Of a stretch of DNA of 64,000 nucleotides, positions 47,374-56,608 are shown one piece after another. The stretch is taken from contig OZ220741.1 in assembly GCA_965116885.1 (NCBI GenBank), forward strand, positions 2,400,001-2,464,000, given 5' to 3'. Each line of letters opens with the position of its first letter. Positions within the stretch are counted from its first letter, which is position 1. A program made the position numbers and the translations under genes. The stretch is from Candidatus Latescibacterota bacterium (GTDB taxonomy: Bacteria > Latescibacterota > UBA2968). Under the pieces are notes generated by a model. That model had not been told where the DNA came from. It searched no databases and saw only the letters and a program-made list of their open reading frames with translations.

Positions 47374-48285
47374 ATGCGTCGCTTCACGCGTACGCCCTAT
47401 TATAGCGGGCCGGATGACCCGGCTATTGGCGAGGTGCGAGGTACGCTTGCTCTGGGCGAAACCGTGGTTATTGAGACCATTGGTGGGGCTGATAATGATT
47501 TTGAGGCTGCTGGTGAGGTTCGTGCGGGGATGATTACTTCTGGAGAAAGTCACCGCCGATACGCCCGTCGTGGTGGTCCTTTTCGCATTGAGGGGATTGC
47601 GCCGGATGACTGGGTCGCTATTGAGATTATCGATATTGAGGTGGGGCCTTACGGTTTTTATCGCAACGGAGGGCCGAACTGGGGCAATTGGCGCTGCGTT
47701 GCGCCGGTGCGCGATGGGTTGATCCACTTTCCGCCGGATTTTGTGGTGCCGGTGCGGCCTATGGTTGGCGTGGTTCAGTTGGAACCGTGGGCTGCCCATT
47801 CTATTGATCACGGCGGTAATATGGATTTTAATGCGGTGCAGCCGGGTAGTACTGTGCATATTCGCGCCCAAAAGCCCGGGGGGTTGCTCTCTTTGGGCGA
47901 TGTCCATGCGCGGATGGGCGATGGCGAGTTGACAGGTGCTGGTGTGGAGATCGACGCGGCGGTGACTATAAGAGTGGATCGTTCGCCCGGGTTTCCCAAT
48001 AGCAGTCCGGTGGTGGAGACAACCAGAGTGGTAGAAGCCGCTGAGGAGTATCTGACCAGTGCTCGGGCGACTGAGTGGGGCGAGGCTCTCAGGCTGGCCT
48101 GGTTGGAGATGGTGGCTCTGATTATCGATCGCTACGATACGACGTACGAATACGCCAATATGATCGTGGGGACGATTGGCGATGCGCGGCCCGGCTTTGC
48201 CACGGGCTATATGGGTAGCTATGTCACATGTCAGATTGCAGTGACCAAAGAATTGCGGCGCACCGGGGTGCCGTACGAGGCGTAG
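47374..48285 (+). CDS. Acetamidase/formamidase family protein
   Basis: HGGNMD, LGDVHARMGDGELTGAGVE. AAGGAG RBS. Confidence 0.85.
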   Translation: MRRFTRTPYYSGPDDPAIGEVRGTLALGETVVIETIGGADNDFEAAGEVRAGMITSGESHRRYARRGGPFRIEGIAPDDWVAIEIIDIEVGPYGFYRNGGPNWGNWRCVAPVRDGLIHFPPDFVVPVRPMVGVVQLEPWAAHSIDHGGNMDFNAVQPGSTVHIRAQKPGGLLSLGDVHARMGDGELTGAGVEIDAAVTIRVDRSPGFPNSSPVVETTRVVEAAEEYLTSARATEWGEALRLAWLEMVALIIDRYDTTYEYANMIVGTIGDARPGFATGYMGSYVTCQIAVTKELRRTGVPYEA

Positions 48286-48323
48286 GGGTTTTGAAGTTTA
48301 CAACATTCACGAAAGGATTTGCT

Positions 48324-49097
48324 ATGTATTTGTACGGGATTCGCAATGCGAGTTTGAATATGGATTGGGGAAAAGATGCTTTTGCCACAGCAGGGGATAT
48401 TGGGTTTGATGGGGTGGAGATTGTGCTGCGGGAGGAGGAGCGGTTGGATTGGCTTTTAAGTGCTGCGGGCCGGGAAGAGGTTGGGAGGTGGGTTGAGGAG
48501 ACGGGCGCGCAAGCGTGTTCAATAAGTTTTGCCCTGTTTCGAGAATACAAGGGGAATGAGGAAGATGAGGCTGTGCGCGATCGCGTGGTGGAGCTTGTGC
48601 AAAAGGCGATCCGCGCGTGTAAGGGGATGGGCGGTGTCGGTATTTTGCTTCCGTATTTTGATGCGGAGAATCGCGATATGTCGAGCGCGCATGCAGAATT
48701 GTTGATTGAAGACATGAAGCGATGCGCTCCTGTCGCCGAAGACGAGGGCATTAAGGTTGCTCTGGAGACGAGTTTTTCACCGGGATTGTTGAGGACGATT
48801 TGCGATGGCGTGGGGTCTGAGATGGTGGGGGTGTATCAAGATACGGCCAATGCGCTGCAATACGGGTACGATTCGGTCGATATGCTCGTTACGTTACCGG
48901 AACACACACAATTGATTCATATTAAAGATACGCGGCGTTCTGATCTGGGCGAGGGCGATGTGGATTTTCCCGCGTGTCGAGATGCGATTGCACAGATCGG
49001 TTATGAGGGGTGGCTGATTTTTGAAACGCCAGGAGGTGCAGATCCTGCGGCATCGGGTAAGAAGAATTTGGCGTTTGCAAAAGAGATGTTCGGGTAG
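48324..49097 (+). CDS. Sugar-phosphate isomerase/epimerase (xylose-isomerase-like TIM barrel)
   Basis: GFDGVE, ALET, YQDTAN, IHIKD, LGEGDVDF, GYEGWLIFE. Confidence 0.85.
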   Translation: MYLYGIRNASLNMDWGKDAFATAGDIGFDGVEIVLREEERLDWLLSAAGREEVGRWVEETGAQACSISFALFREYKGNEEDEAVRDRVVELVQKAIRACKGMGGVGILLPYFDAENRDMSSAHAELLIEDMKRCAPVAEDEGIKVALETSFSPGLLRTICDGVGSEMVGVYQDTANALQYGYDSVDMLVTLPEHTQLIHIKDTRRSDLGEGDVDFPACRDAIAQIGYEGWLIFETPGGADPAASGKKNLAFAKEMFG

Positions 49098-49099
49098 GC

Positions 49100-49192
49100 T
49101 GGCAGAGGGAGGGGGACTCGAACCCCATGCGAAAATTCGCACGCGGGCTTGTGTTTTGCTGCCCGCGGCCCACCTTGGACCGTTCACCCCCT
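49100..49192 (-). ncRNA. tRNA-like RNA A (8/4 fold, long variable arm, 12-nt A-rich loop in place of an anticodon loop)
   Basis: Reverse complement: AGGGGGTG AA CGGTCC AAGGT GGGCC GCGGGC AGCAAAACACAA GCCCGC GTGCGA ATTT TCGCAT GGGG TTCGAGT CCCC CTCCCTCT G CCA. Confidence 0.8.
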
Positions 49193-49212
49193 GCATTGAT
49201 GCTGTTATTTTT

Positions 49213-49299
49213 TGGCAGAGGGTGAGGGACTCGAACCCTGTGCGGTTGCCCGCACCACCGACCAATGTCAGGCGGCCCACCACGAACCGTTCACCCCCT
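49213..49299 (-). ncRNA. tRNA-like RNA B (8/4 fold, long variable arm with GCAA tetraloop, about 4-nt loop in place of an anticodon loop)
   Basis: Reverse complement: AGGGGGTG AA CGGTTC GTGGT GGGCCG C CTGAC ATTG GTCGG TG GTGCGG GCAA CCGCAC AGGG TTCGAGT CCCT CACCCTCT G CCA. Confidence 0.85.
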
Positions 49300-49323
49300 A
49301 CCTATTTTGACAAGTCTGTACGC

Positions 49324-50313
49324 TTAAAGGTTTCTCCCAACAGTACGTTCAGGGCGCAGTTCCCCCAGGGATTGTTCACCGGGTTGGATATATTCTACGG
49401 CTGGGCTTTCGATGCGCCCATAGGCATTCCACACTTTGAATCCGAGCAAAGAGAGAAGATCGGGCGATGCCTCGGCGAGGACGTCGGGAGCCGTGCCTAC
49501 GGTAAAATTTTCCTGTGGACGGAACTGGGGTCCGCAGAATGTGGTGAGTATGGCCCAGCGCAGTTGATCGCTTATATTGGCTCCTGTGCCGTGCCAGATG
49601 CGTCCGTCAAGGAATCCAACTGTGCCGGCTGGCCCTTCGAGGGCGACTGTTTCAGTGGTGTTGTCATCGGGATTGTCAGGACGGCGTCCCCATAGGTGAC
49701 TACCGGGTACGATGCGGGTGCCGCCGTTTTCTGCTGTGAAGTCGCCGATCATCCAGACCACGTTGATGACGACGCGGGGCCAGATGGATGCGGTATCGGA
49801 TTCGTCTGTTTGTTCGCGGGTGATAGAGCCTGCGGGTAAATGCGTTCGGTCAGCGCGCGTTGGCATGGGCATCCACCACTGGTCTGTGTGCAGGCGCATG
49901 GGAACGCCGCCGGGTTTGGCGATGTTGGCCGAATGGCTCGATAGCAGATAATCATTGCCCAGTGCGTGATCCACGATGTTGCGGACTCCTGAATGTAATA
50001 GCATGTCTTGAAATACCCGACCTTTGTTGATCAGCATCCACACGCGCTGGTTGACACCTCCTGCAGATTGTGTAAACGCCCCCGCGCGTACCTGCCCTTT
50101 TTTATTTCGAAAATCCCCCCAGTTTTGTTTTGCACCTCCGTCTTCAAATGCGAGCCCGCGTTGTTTTTCGGCTATGGCCTGTTCTTTTAGACGGGTTTTT
50201 ATTTTTGAGAGATCTTCCGCGCTGAGGGCGTTGGCAAGCAGGCCATAACCGTAGGTATCGAGTTGTGTTTTGACCTGTGTGAGGTCTTCGGTTGGTTGTG
50301 GAAGTTCAGACAT
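49324..50313 (-). CDS. PhyH-family Fe/2OG dioxygenase
   Basis: LHTDQ, ENGGTRIVPGSH, IWHGTGAN...R. Confidence 0.88.
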   Translation of the reverse strand: MSELPQPTEDLTQVKTQLDTYGYGLLANALSAEDLSKIKTRLKEQAIAEKQRGLAFEDGGAKQNWGDFRNKKGQVRAGAFTQSAGGVNQRVWMLINKGRVFQDMLLHSGVRNIVDHALGNDYLLSSHSANIAKPGGVPMRLHTDQWWMPMPTRADRTHLPAGSITREQTDESDTASIWPRVVINVVWMIGDFTAENGGTRIVPGSHLWGRRPDNPDDNTTETVALEGPAGTVGFLDGRIWHGTGANISDQLRWAILTTFCGPQFRPQENFTVGTAPDVLAEASPDLLSLLGFKVWNAYGRIESPAVEYIQPGEQSLGELRPERTVGRNL

Positions 50314-50342
50314 GCGTATTCCTCAGATTTGGATAGTCGATA

Positions 50343-51644
50343 TTATCGGGGCAAAATGCCGTACTGGCGCAGGGTGCTTTCCAGTGTTGGCTTACTAAGG
50401 CGAATGCGGTCGTCGTTTAACAAATAGGAGAAGACGTAGCCGAGGCCGAGCATAAAAATTCCGATCAAGAAGCAATATATGACTGCGCGGTCGGGGTATT
50501 CGTCTTTCAGGTATCCTACGTAAAGGGGTCCGAAGATTCCCGCTGCGGCCCAGGCGGTTAGAATTGCCCCGTAGATGTTGGACATTTTTTTGCTGCCGAA
50601 AACGTCGAGAACAAAAGATGGCATTGTGGCAAAGCCGCCGCCAAAGCACAACAGGACATAACAGACGAGCGCGGAAAAGATCCAGGGGTTGCGCTCTGTC
50701 ATTAAGATGCCGAAGACGATCATCTGGCTGGCGAGTAAAATTCTGAAGACGCCAACGCGACCTATGCGATCCGATAGCAGTCCCCAGAAGAGCCGCCCCA
50801 CGCCGTTGCACAGGGAACTGACAGCGATCAGCGTTGCTCCATATTCGGCGAGTGTTACCGGTTCCAGGGATGGATCTGCAAATCCCCAAACTTCTTGCAG
50901 GAGTTCCGACTGAAAGCTGATGACGGAGATGCCCGCGGCGATGTTGAAGAAAAATACGATCCACATGAGGGCAAATTCAGAAGACCGCAGATAGGGCGCG
51001 ACAGTGTCTTCGTATTCCATCGGTTCATCGTCAGCTACGGCGGGTACAACTGCGGCTTTGGGATCGCTCAACACAAAGCTGGAGGGCAAGAGGATACAGG
51101 CAAATACTATGCCGAGCCACAAGAAGACAAGGGTCAGATCCGACTCTGTTCGCAGCACGAGAAAGGGTGCCAATACTTTGCTCAAGAGAAATGCACCCAC
51201 GCCAAATCCCATCACGACGATGCCTGTCACCAGACCCTTGCGATCTGGAAACCACTTTGCCGCGGTTGCAACTGGCGTTACATAGCCAAGTCCAATTCCC
51301 GCACCTCCGATAACGCCATATCCCAGGTAAAAGAGTGGGATAAAGTCCAGATGAAGGGCGAGGCTCGCGATCATATATCCGCCGGAAAACATGATGCTGC
51401 CCGCGACTGCGAGTTTGCGGGGTCCGAATCGCGGTAGCGTCGCGCCTGCCCAGGCTGCGGATGTGCCGAGTGAAAAGATGGCGATGCTAAAAGCCCAGGC
51501 GGTTTCTGTGAATGTCCAGCCGAGTTGCCTGACCAGGAGCGTTTGAAAGAAGCTCCACGCGTACACGGTGCCGAAACAGAGTTGCAGGAGCGTGCATAAG
51601 AGCGCGATGACTGAACGCGGGATCTGTATTTCTCGGATTGGCAT
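50343..51644 (-). CDS. OFA (oxalate:formate antiporter-like) family MFS transporter
   Basis: GTVYAWS, KWFPDRKGL, NGVGRLFWG.LSDRIGR; about 12 TM segments. Confidence 0.88.
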   Translation of the reverse strand: MPIREIQIPRSVIALLCTLLQLCFGTVYAWSFFQTLLVRQLGWTFTETAWAFSIAIFSLGTSAAWAGATLPRFGPRKLAVAGSIMFSGGYMIASLALHLDFIPLFYLGYGVIGGAGIGLGYVTPVATAAKWFPDRKGLVTGIVVMGFGVGAFLLSKVLAPFLVLRTESDLTLVFLWLGIVFACILLPSSFVLSDPKAAVVPAVADDEPMEYEDTVAPYLRSSEFALMWIVFFFNIAAGISVISFQSELLQEVWGFADPSLEPVTLAEYGATLIAVSSLCNGVGRLFWGLLSDRIGRVGVFRILLASQMIVFGILMTERNPWIFSALVCYVLLCFGGGFATMPSFVLDVFGSKKMSNIYGAILTAWAAAGIFGPLYVGYLKDEYPDRAVIYCFLIGIFMLGLGYVFSYLLNDDRIRLSKPTLESTLRQYGILPR

Positions 51645-51646
51645 TT

Positions 51647-52363
51647 TTATGTGTCCGATTGATCGCTTTTTTCACCTTCAGAAATATAGAGAAAGAGATT
51701 GGCCAGGTGTCCGACCTCGTCGTCGCGCGATAGCAGTTTGTCGTCTGAGGTCCCCTCCTCACCGCGCGCGCGACCCACTGCATAAGCGAGGAGATCGCCG
51801 AGGGGGTTCGCCGCGAGGTTGACGAGCCATATCGCGGCAAAGAAGCCTACCACGAGTATGATGCAGATGAGATAGACCTGTCTTCCGATTGCTCTTTGAA
51901 TTTTTAGTGCAATCAGTCCCGTGTCCATGCCAACGTGAACCGTGCCGGCAATGCCTGCCAGAATGGGACTGCCCACTTCTACGAAATCGCCCATTCCGGG
52001 TAGATTGCGTTCTATGGCTTCTGTCTTGAATGGGTCGTCCGCTCGAATGACTTCGGGAATGCCAGGCACGAATGTGTGGGCGAGAAATTCACCTGATTCA
52101 TCTGTAATATAGATGTATTTGATGCTCTGGATTTCGACGAATTGATCGATGAGCGACTGCAGAGCCGCGAGGTCCCGATTTAAGAGAATATCGACACTGG
52201 AGTCGGCGATGGTCTTCGCGATGTTTTTGCTGTTGTTCTCGTATTCTTCCGACAGGTGTGTATCGACTGTGTAAATACACAGGGCGGATGTTGACAGGCT
52301 GATCACACCGAATAGCGCGAAGATGCCGAACCGGGTTTTTTGAAAGAGTTTTTTGATTTTCAT
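51647..52363 (-). CDS. Two-TM sensor-like protein ending in a HAMP-like segment, no kinase/output domain
   Basis: TM - extracytoplasmic region (YIYITDESGEFLAHT, GTVHVG) - TM - NPL...RDDEVGHLA - stop. Confidence 0.7.
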   Translation of the reverse strand: MKIKKLFQKTRFGIFALFGVISLSTSALCIYTVDTHLSEEYENNSKNIAKTIADSSVDILLNRDLAALQSLIDQFVEIQSIKYIYITDESGEFLAHTFVPGIPEVIRADDPFKTEAIERNLPGMGDFVEVGSPILAGIAGTVHVGMDTGLIALKIQRAIGRQVYLICIILVVGFFAAIWLVNLAANPLGDLLAYAVGRARGEEGTSDDKLLSRDDEVGHLANLFLYISEGEKSDQSDT

Positions 52364-53682
52364 TTTTTGCCAAACCTGTCTTCCCAGTTATCCAGCGTGA
52401 CAAAACGGTCGTTTTCGACAACTGTGTAATAGACTCGCTGTAGTCCTTGTCGTCGGTCTGGGCCAAAAGAGACCTGTTCGCCGATGCCCAGATCGAAATC
52501 TCGAATGCTGAAGACCGCGTCTTCAAGCTGGCTACGCTGCGGGTCGTCGCCGATGCGGCGCAGAATTTCAACCATCAATTTGGCGTTGAGAAATCCCTCG
52601 AGGCTGACAAAGCTTTGCGCGAAGGGTGTATAGTCTTCTTTCACCAGTTCTTCGGGGGGTTGCGGGGCGTATTGTTGCATCATTTCGCGGTACTCTTTTA
52701 CGGCTGGCGTGGATGTTTCTTCGTAACTGGGCACGACCTGAGAGTTTACGAGCAGTTGCGTATATGACTCGCTGTTTTCTTGTCCTTCGGTGAGGAGTTT
52801 TAAGAGGTTTTCACTGCCAACAAAGGACAGGTTGGCAATGGGAACCCGCAGGCCGAGGTTAACGGCGTCGCGCACAAAGGCCGCACAAGCCGCATAAGCG
52901 CCGATGCAGATTACCGCTTCCGGGTCTGATGCTTTTAGTATTTCGACCTGTTTTCGCATGCTGCCGGTGAATTTTTCTCCGCGGTGGTACGTGGCTTCGC
53001 CCGCTATTTGTTCTCCATGCCGCTTCAAGGCACTTCTTACGCCCGCCCATCCGCTGCGACCATAAGCATCGGCTTGATAGAATACGGCAATGCGTTTTCG
53101 GTTGATGCGAACAAAATTATCCACGAGACCGGCGGTTTCCTGGCGGTAGGAAGCGCGCAGATTAAAGGCGAAGTCGCCATAAGGCGGTTCTCGCTGCGGT
53201 TGTGCGCCGGTGAATGGAAAGAATAAGAAGATGTTTTTGTCCTGGAATTTTTTGAGCATGGGGAGTACGCGGGTTACGGTGGGCGTTCCGACATAACCGA
53301 AGAGCAAAAATACTTCGTCTTCCAACATCAATTTCAGGGTGTTTTTGACAGAGGGGTCGGGTTGATAGCCGTCGTCGTACGTTTTGAGAACTATTTTGCG
53401 TCCCGATATGCCTCCCTGCTGATTGATGTGTGTGAAGTACGCACTGGCACCGCGATACAGTTCGATGCCCAAACCCCGGGATGGGCCGGAGAACGCGGCG
53501 GACACGCCGAGTACGATCTCGGTGTTGGTCACGCCAGATGATGTCCGTGTCATGGTGTGCCTCCTTGTTTGTGGTTCAAGCTGGCCGGTGTTGGCGACCG
53601 CTATCAGAGTTTTCAACCATGGGGCGATCGCGCAACAGGCAAGGCCGGAACGGATGAGTGCTCTTCTCGTGATTGGTTTCAT
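52360..53682 (-). CDS. Type 1 periplasmic solute-binding protein (Leu/Ile/Val-binding-like), Tat signal
   Basis: TRRALI, GVTNTEIVLG, GGISGRKI..YDDGYQP, YVGTPT, RASY. Confidence 0.85.
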   Translation of the reverse strand: MKPITRRALIRSGLACCAIAPWLKTLIAVANTGQLEPQTRRHTMTRTSSGVTNTEIVLGVSAAFSGPSRGLGIELYRGASAYFTHINQQGGISGRKIVLKTYDDGYQPDPSVKNTLKLMLEDEVFLLFGYVGTPTVTRVLPMLKKFQDKNIFLFFPFTGAQPQREPPYGDFAFNLRASYRQETAGLVDNFVRINRKRIAVFYQADAYGRSGWAGVRSALKRHGEQIAGEATYHRGEKFTGSMRKQVEILKASDPEAVICIGAYAACAAFVRDAVNLGLRVPIANLSFVGSENLLKLLTEGQENSESYTQLLVNSQVVPSYEETSTPAVKEYREMMQQYAPQPPEELVKEDYTPFAQSFVSLEGFLNAKLMVEILRRIGDDPQRSQLEDAVFSIRDFDLGIGEQVSFGPDRRQGLQRVYYTVVENDRFVTLDNWEDRFGKK

Positions 53683-53718
53683 ACGGGATGTGCTCTTTCG
53701 CAGGATGCCCAGACTTGA

Positions 53719-54519
53719 TCATTCTTCGAGTGTTGGGCGATTTAGCCGCGTGTGATAGGGCGGTTCCATGACTGCGCGTTGTCGTTCGTTTGCCCATTCG
53801 GGTATGTCGTAGGCGCGTACATACGCCATGTTGCCAGCGGTGTAGCGGGTGAGCGTTGACCGCCGCGGGTGATCTGATTTCCAGGGCAGGGTGCCGTGTG
53901 TGACGGCTTCGGTGAAGATGATTGCGTCGCCTGCCTTACAGGTGATCTGGCGGATGTGTTCCTGGTGTTTTTGATAGAGGCGCATTTCCTGCGGACAGGG
54001 ATAATTGCTTTTGTGCGATCCGGGTATGAGAGAGAGACCGCCGTCGCCCGGGTTGACATCGGTGAGTTGGATGGAGACGACGGTGAGTCCGTTGTGCATT
54101 TTGCCATCTCTAAATATATAATACTGGTTGGGGTCAAATCCGGGTCCAGAGGAGCCGTGGAAGCGATGGCCTTCGGCGCCTTTGTCCATCCAGAGCAGAA
54201 ACATCTGGTGATCGATGCGGAAGCCTTTGCCGAGTATTTCGTTGAGATAGGGCACAATGCGGGGATGCGCCAGCATGTCGCGGAAGGGATTGCACCAGGG
54301 TTCGTCCCAGTGAATCAGGCTGCCCAATTCGCCGCGGCCATGCGTGCCTTCAAGAGCTGGTGAGTCGCCGTCGAGACGCTGTTCTCTCGGGCGAATACGC
54401 CCCTTGTCGAGGTGGCGGTCAACCGCTTCGTTCGCCAGGGCGAGTTCGTCTTCGGTCAAGACGTTTTCTACGACGAGATACCCGTTGAGGTCAAAGAGAT
54501 ATTTTTCGTTTTCGGTCAT
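53719..54519 (-). CDS. PhyH-family Fe/2OG dioxygenase-like protein (HxS in place of HxD)
   Basis: YLFDLNGYL, FHGSS, IPGSHKSN, FTEAVTHGT. Confidence 0.82.
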   Translation of the reverse strand: MTENEKYLFDLNGYLVVENVLTEDELALANEAVDRHLDKGRIRPREQRLDGDSPALEGTHGRGELGSLIHWDEPWCNPFRDMLAHPRIVPYLNEILGKGFRIDHQMFLLWMDKGAEGHRFHGSSGPGFDPNQYYIFRDGKMHNGLTVVSIQLTDVNPGDGGLSLIPGSHKSNYPCPQEMRLYQKHQEHIRQITCKAGDAIIFTEAVTHGTLPWKSDHPRRSTLTRYTAGNMAYVRAYDIPEWANERQRAVMEPPYHTRLNRPTLEE

Positions 54520-54545
54520 GGTGTTGTAGTTTCTTGTTTTGGGTT

Positions 54546-55991
54546 TTAATTTATCAGACTCGCATACGCTTCTCGCCCTTGCCGGAAGAGGTCTTTGACT
54601 TCGTCGCGTTGCTGGTCGGTGTTGTAACGACCGTATGTGTCGATCCATTTGAGCGCGTCTTCGATGCCGTTGAGAAAATACTGCGCGGATTCGTTGCGCT
54701 CGGCAGGTGGGCGGCCGCAGGTAAAATAAACAGGGCTGCTGTGTGCGTAGATCGATTGGTCAAAGCTGTCGCGCTGGTTGCCCCAGAGCCGGGCGGCGAC
54801 CCAGCCGTCGCGGTCGATGTTGACCCGGTGGCGAATGGCGCCCTCGCGTTTGCCTTCGGGATAGTTTTCCCTGTGAATGATGTGCCCGTTCATCGCGATT
54901 TCGGCGCAGTGAATGGGGTAATAGGATGTGAAGGTGGATTCTATGTCGAGCGAGCCGCCAGAGGGCAATTCAACTGTGGCGCCCATGGGGTAATCGTTTA
55001 CGTTCAGGTCAATGGCGGGACCATTGGTGATGAAGGTGTTGCCCGATTTCATACCGGCTATCCAGTTTTCGTAGGAGAACGCGCCCTGGGTGTTGACATA
55101 GACGCGGTTGTTGGAGCAGACGAACCAGTCGGTGCCGGTGGAGGCGGGCAGGGCGATGCCACAGTTGAGCAGTTTGTACCACAGGTCGTATTCGGGGTCC
55201 ATCCAGAAGGGGTCGAATAAGTTGAAGGCGTCCAGTTTGCCCAGTGCCGCGGCTATGGGGGCTTCCATGCCGCGACCATTGTGACACCATATTACAATGC
55301 CGCCCTGATCGCGGGCTTCATCACAGCAAAAGCACAGGGGGGGATAGTCGGGGTCGAATTGCGCGGTGAGGATGTGGCCGCGGCTGACGGGTTGGATGAG
55401 GTTGCGGATGTTGAGGAACATGACGTGCCCATATCCGAATCCCCAGGGCGAGTTTTCGCCGTAGTGGCGGTTTTCTTCGCCGATGTCGAGTACGTGGTGT
55501 GCGGTGGTAAATTCGTTCATTACGCCGATGGGATATTTGTTGCTGGCGTAGGGGAGTTGTCTTCTGTCGAGGACGCTTACGACGGTGACGTTGTAGCCTT
55601 CTACGCTACAGTCAACGGCGAGTCGGTCGTCGGGACGGGTTTCTTTTTCGTCGTAGTGGATGTGTGTGTTGCCCGGATACCAGTTGTTTTCCTGTGGGAT
55701 ATACCAGCGGTTGAGGGTGATTTCGACGTCTTTGACGCCGTTTTCAGGCATTTCGACTACGGTGCGGATGGGTTCGTATTCCGTGCCGCGTTCGACCAGT
55801 ATGTCGGTGCGCCCGCGCGAGGCTTGAACTTCAAATTCGCCATCGCAGAAGAAGAAGGGCGTGCCGGGTCCGCGTTTGAGCATGGCATCGCGCGGGTGGC
55901 AAAAACGACCGTTGGCGGTCAGGACGTGTACTTTGGCGTTAATTGGTTCGCCTGTCGCGCTGTCGATAATATGTCCGTGCAGGGTGCCCAT
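54546..55991 (-). CDS. CehA/McbA-like PHP-fold metallohydrolase
   Basis: N-terminal Ig-like VERGTEY; GNTHIH, GHV, WCH, STGTD, TFITNGP, AHSSPVY. Confidence 0.75.
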   Translation of the reverse strand: MGTLHGHIIDSATGEPINAKVHVLTANGRFCHPRDAMLKRGPGTPFFFCDGEFEVQASRGRTDILVERGTEYEPIRTVVEMPENGVKDVEITLNRWYIPQENNWYPGNTHIHYDEKETRPDDRLAVDCSVEGYNVTVVSVLDRRQLPYASNKYPIGVMNEFTTAHHVLDIGEENRHYGENSPWGFGYGHVMFLNIRNLIQPVSRGHILTAQFDPDYPPLCFCCDEARDQGGIVIWCHNGRGMEAPIAAALGKLDAFNLFDPFWMDPEYDLWYKLLNCGIALPASTGTDWFVCSNNRVYVNTQGAFSYENWIAGMKSGNTFITNGPAIDLNVNDYPMGATVELPSGGSLDIESTFTSYYPIHCAEIAMNGHIIHRENYPEGKREGAIRHRVNIDRDGWVAARLWGNQRDSFDQSIYAHSSPVYFTCGRPPAERNESAQYFLNGIEDALKWIDTYGRYNTDQQRDEVKDLFRQGREAYASLIN

Positions 55992-56089
55992 AGTACGCTC
56001 CGGGTATTCGAGATGTTTCTGCAATAGCGTTTCGAGAATTCGATCAAATGTTCCTTGCAGTCCCTCTCAGAGCCGCAAGGAACGCCTGA

Positions 56090-56509
56090 TTATAAGTCGA
56101 GTTTGTCTGCAAATGCCAGCATTTTTGCTTCAACCTCCTGGGCAATCGGTTGTAGTGTTTCCTGGTCGATCTCGATTTTCTGTATCCTTTCATCCACATT
56201 TGTCGTGAGACAAAAACGCAGGTTTTGTGTCAAATCGTGCATCGCGTGCTCAATGTGGTCTCGAACCGTTCCGGGAGGATACATCCACTGTCTTGCCCGG
56301 GTCTGTTTCAGGTTGATGTGGCAATGCCCTTTCCCGCCGTGTTTTTTTGCCTCGCCAAAGCAGTCCAGACGCAAAACTTCCTGATTGTAAGCATACACAG
56401 ATGCTGCGGGACCGTAACCGGCGCGGTCGTTTCGCCAATAGACTTCCAGTCGCACATCGTCTTGTATCGGATATGTAGTCCGATCCTGTCTGCCTGGTTG
56501 TGTATCCAT
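56090..56509 (-). CDS. Hypothetical protein
   Basis: AAAGGA RBS before ATG 56509; EVLRLDCF..GHCH motif-like. Confidence 0.6.
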   Translation of the reverse strand: MDTQPGRQDRTTYPIQDDVRLEVYWRNDRAGYGPAASVYAYNQEVLRLDCFGEAKKHGGKGHCHINLKQTRARQWMYPPGTVRDHIEHAMHDLTQNLRFCLTTNVDERIQKIEIDQETLQPIAQEVEAKMLAFADKLDL

Positions 56510-56608
56510 GACTTTTCCTTTCTGTTGTGGCGCGTTATGGCCTGTGAGCAGCTTGGTGAATGGCGTATTTCTCCAGCACAAACTAATTTTTGGACATGTC
56601 AGTATAAT

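Noticed and set aside
49100..49299. Canonical tRNA-Sec or tRNA-Ser call
   Set aside because: No 7-nt anticodon loop, no UCA or Ser anticodon in position, a 4-bp T-stem, and no sel genes in the window.
49021..49695. 224-aa plus-strand ORF (and 48894-49283, 48922-49173 on minus)
   Set aside because: AEGGGLEP and WQRVRDSNP are the typical antisense translation of tRNA T-arms. The ORFs overlap the tRNA-like RNAs and real genes.
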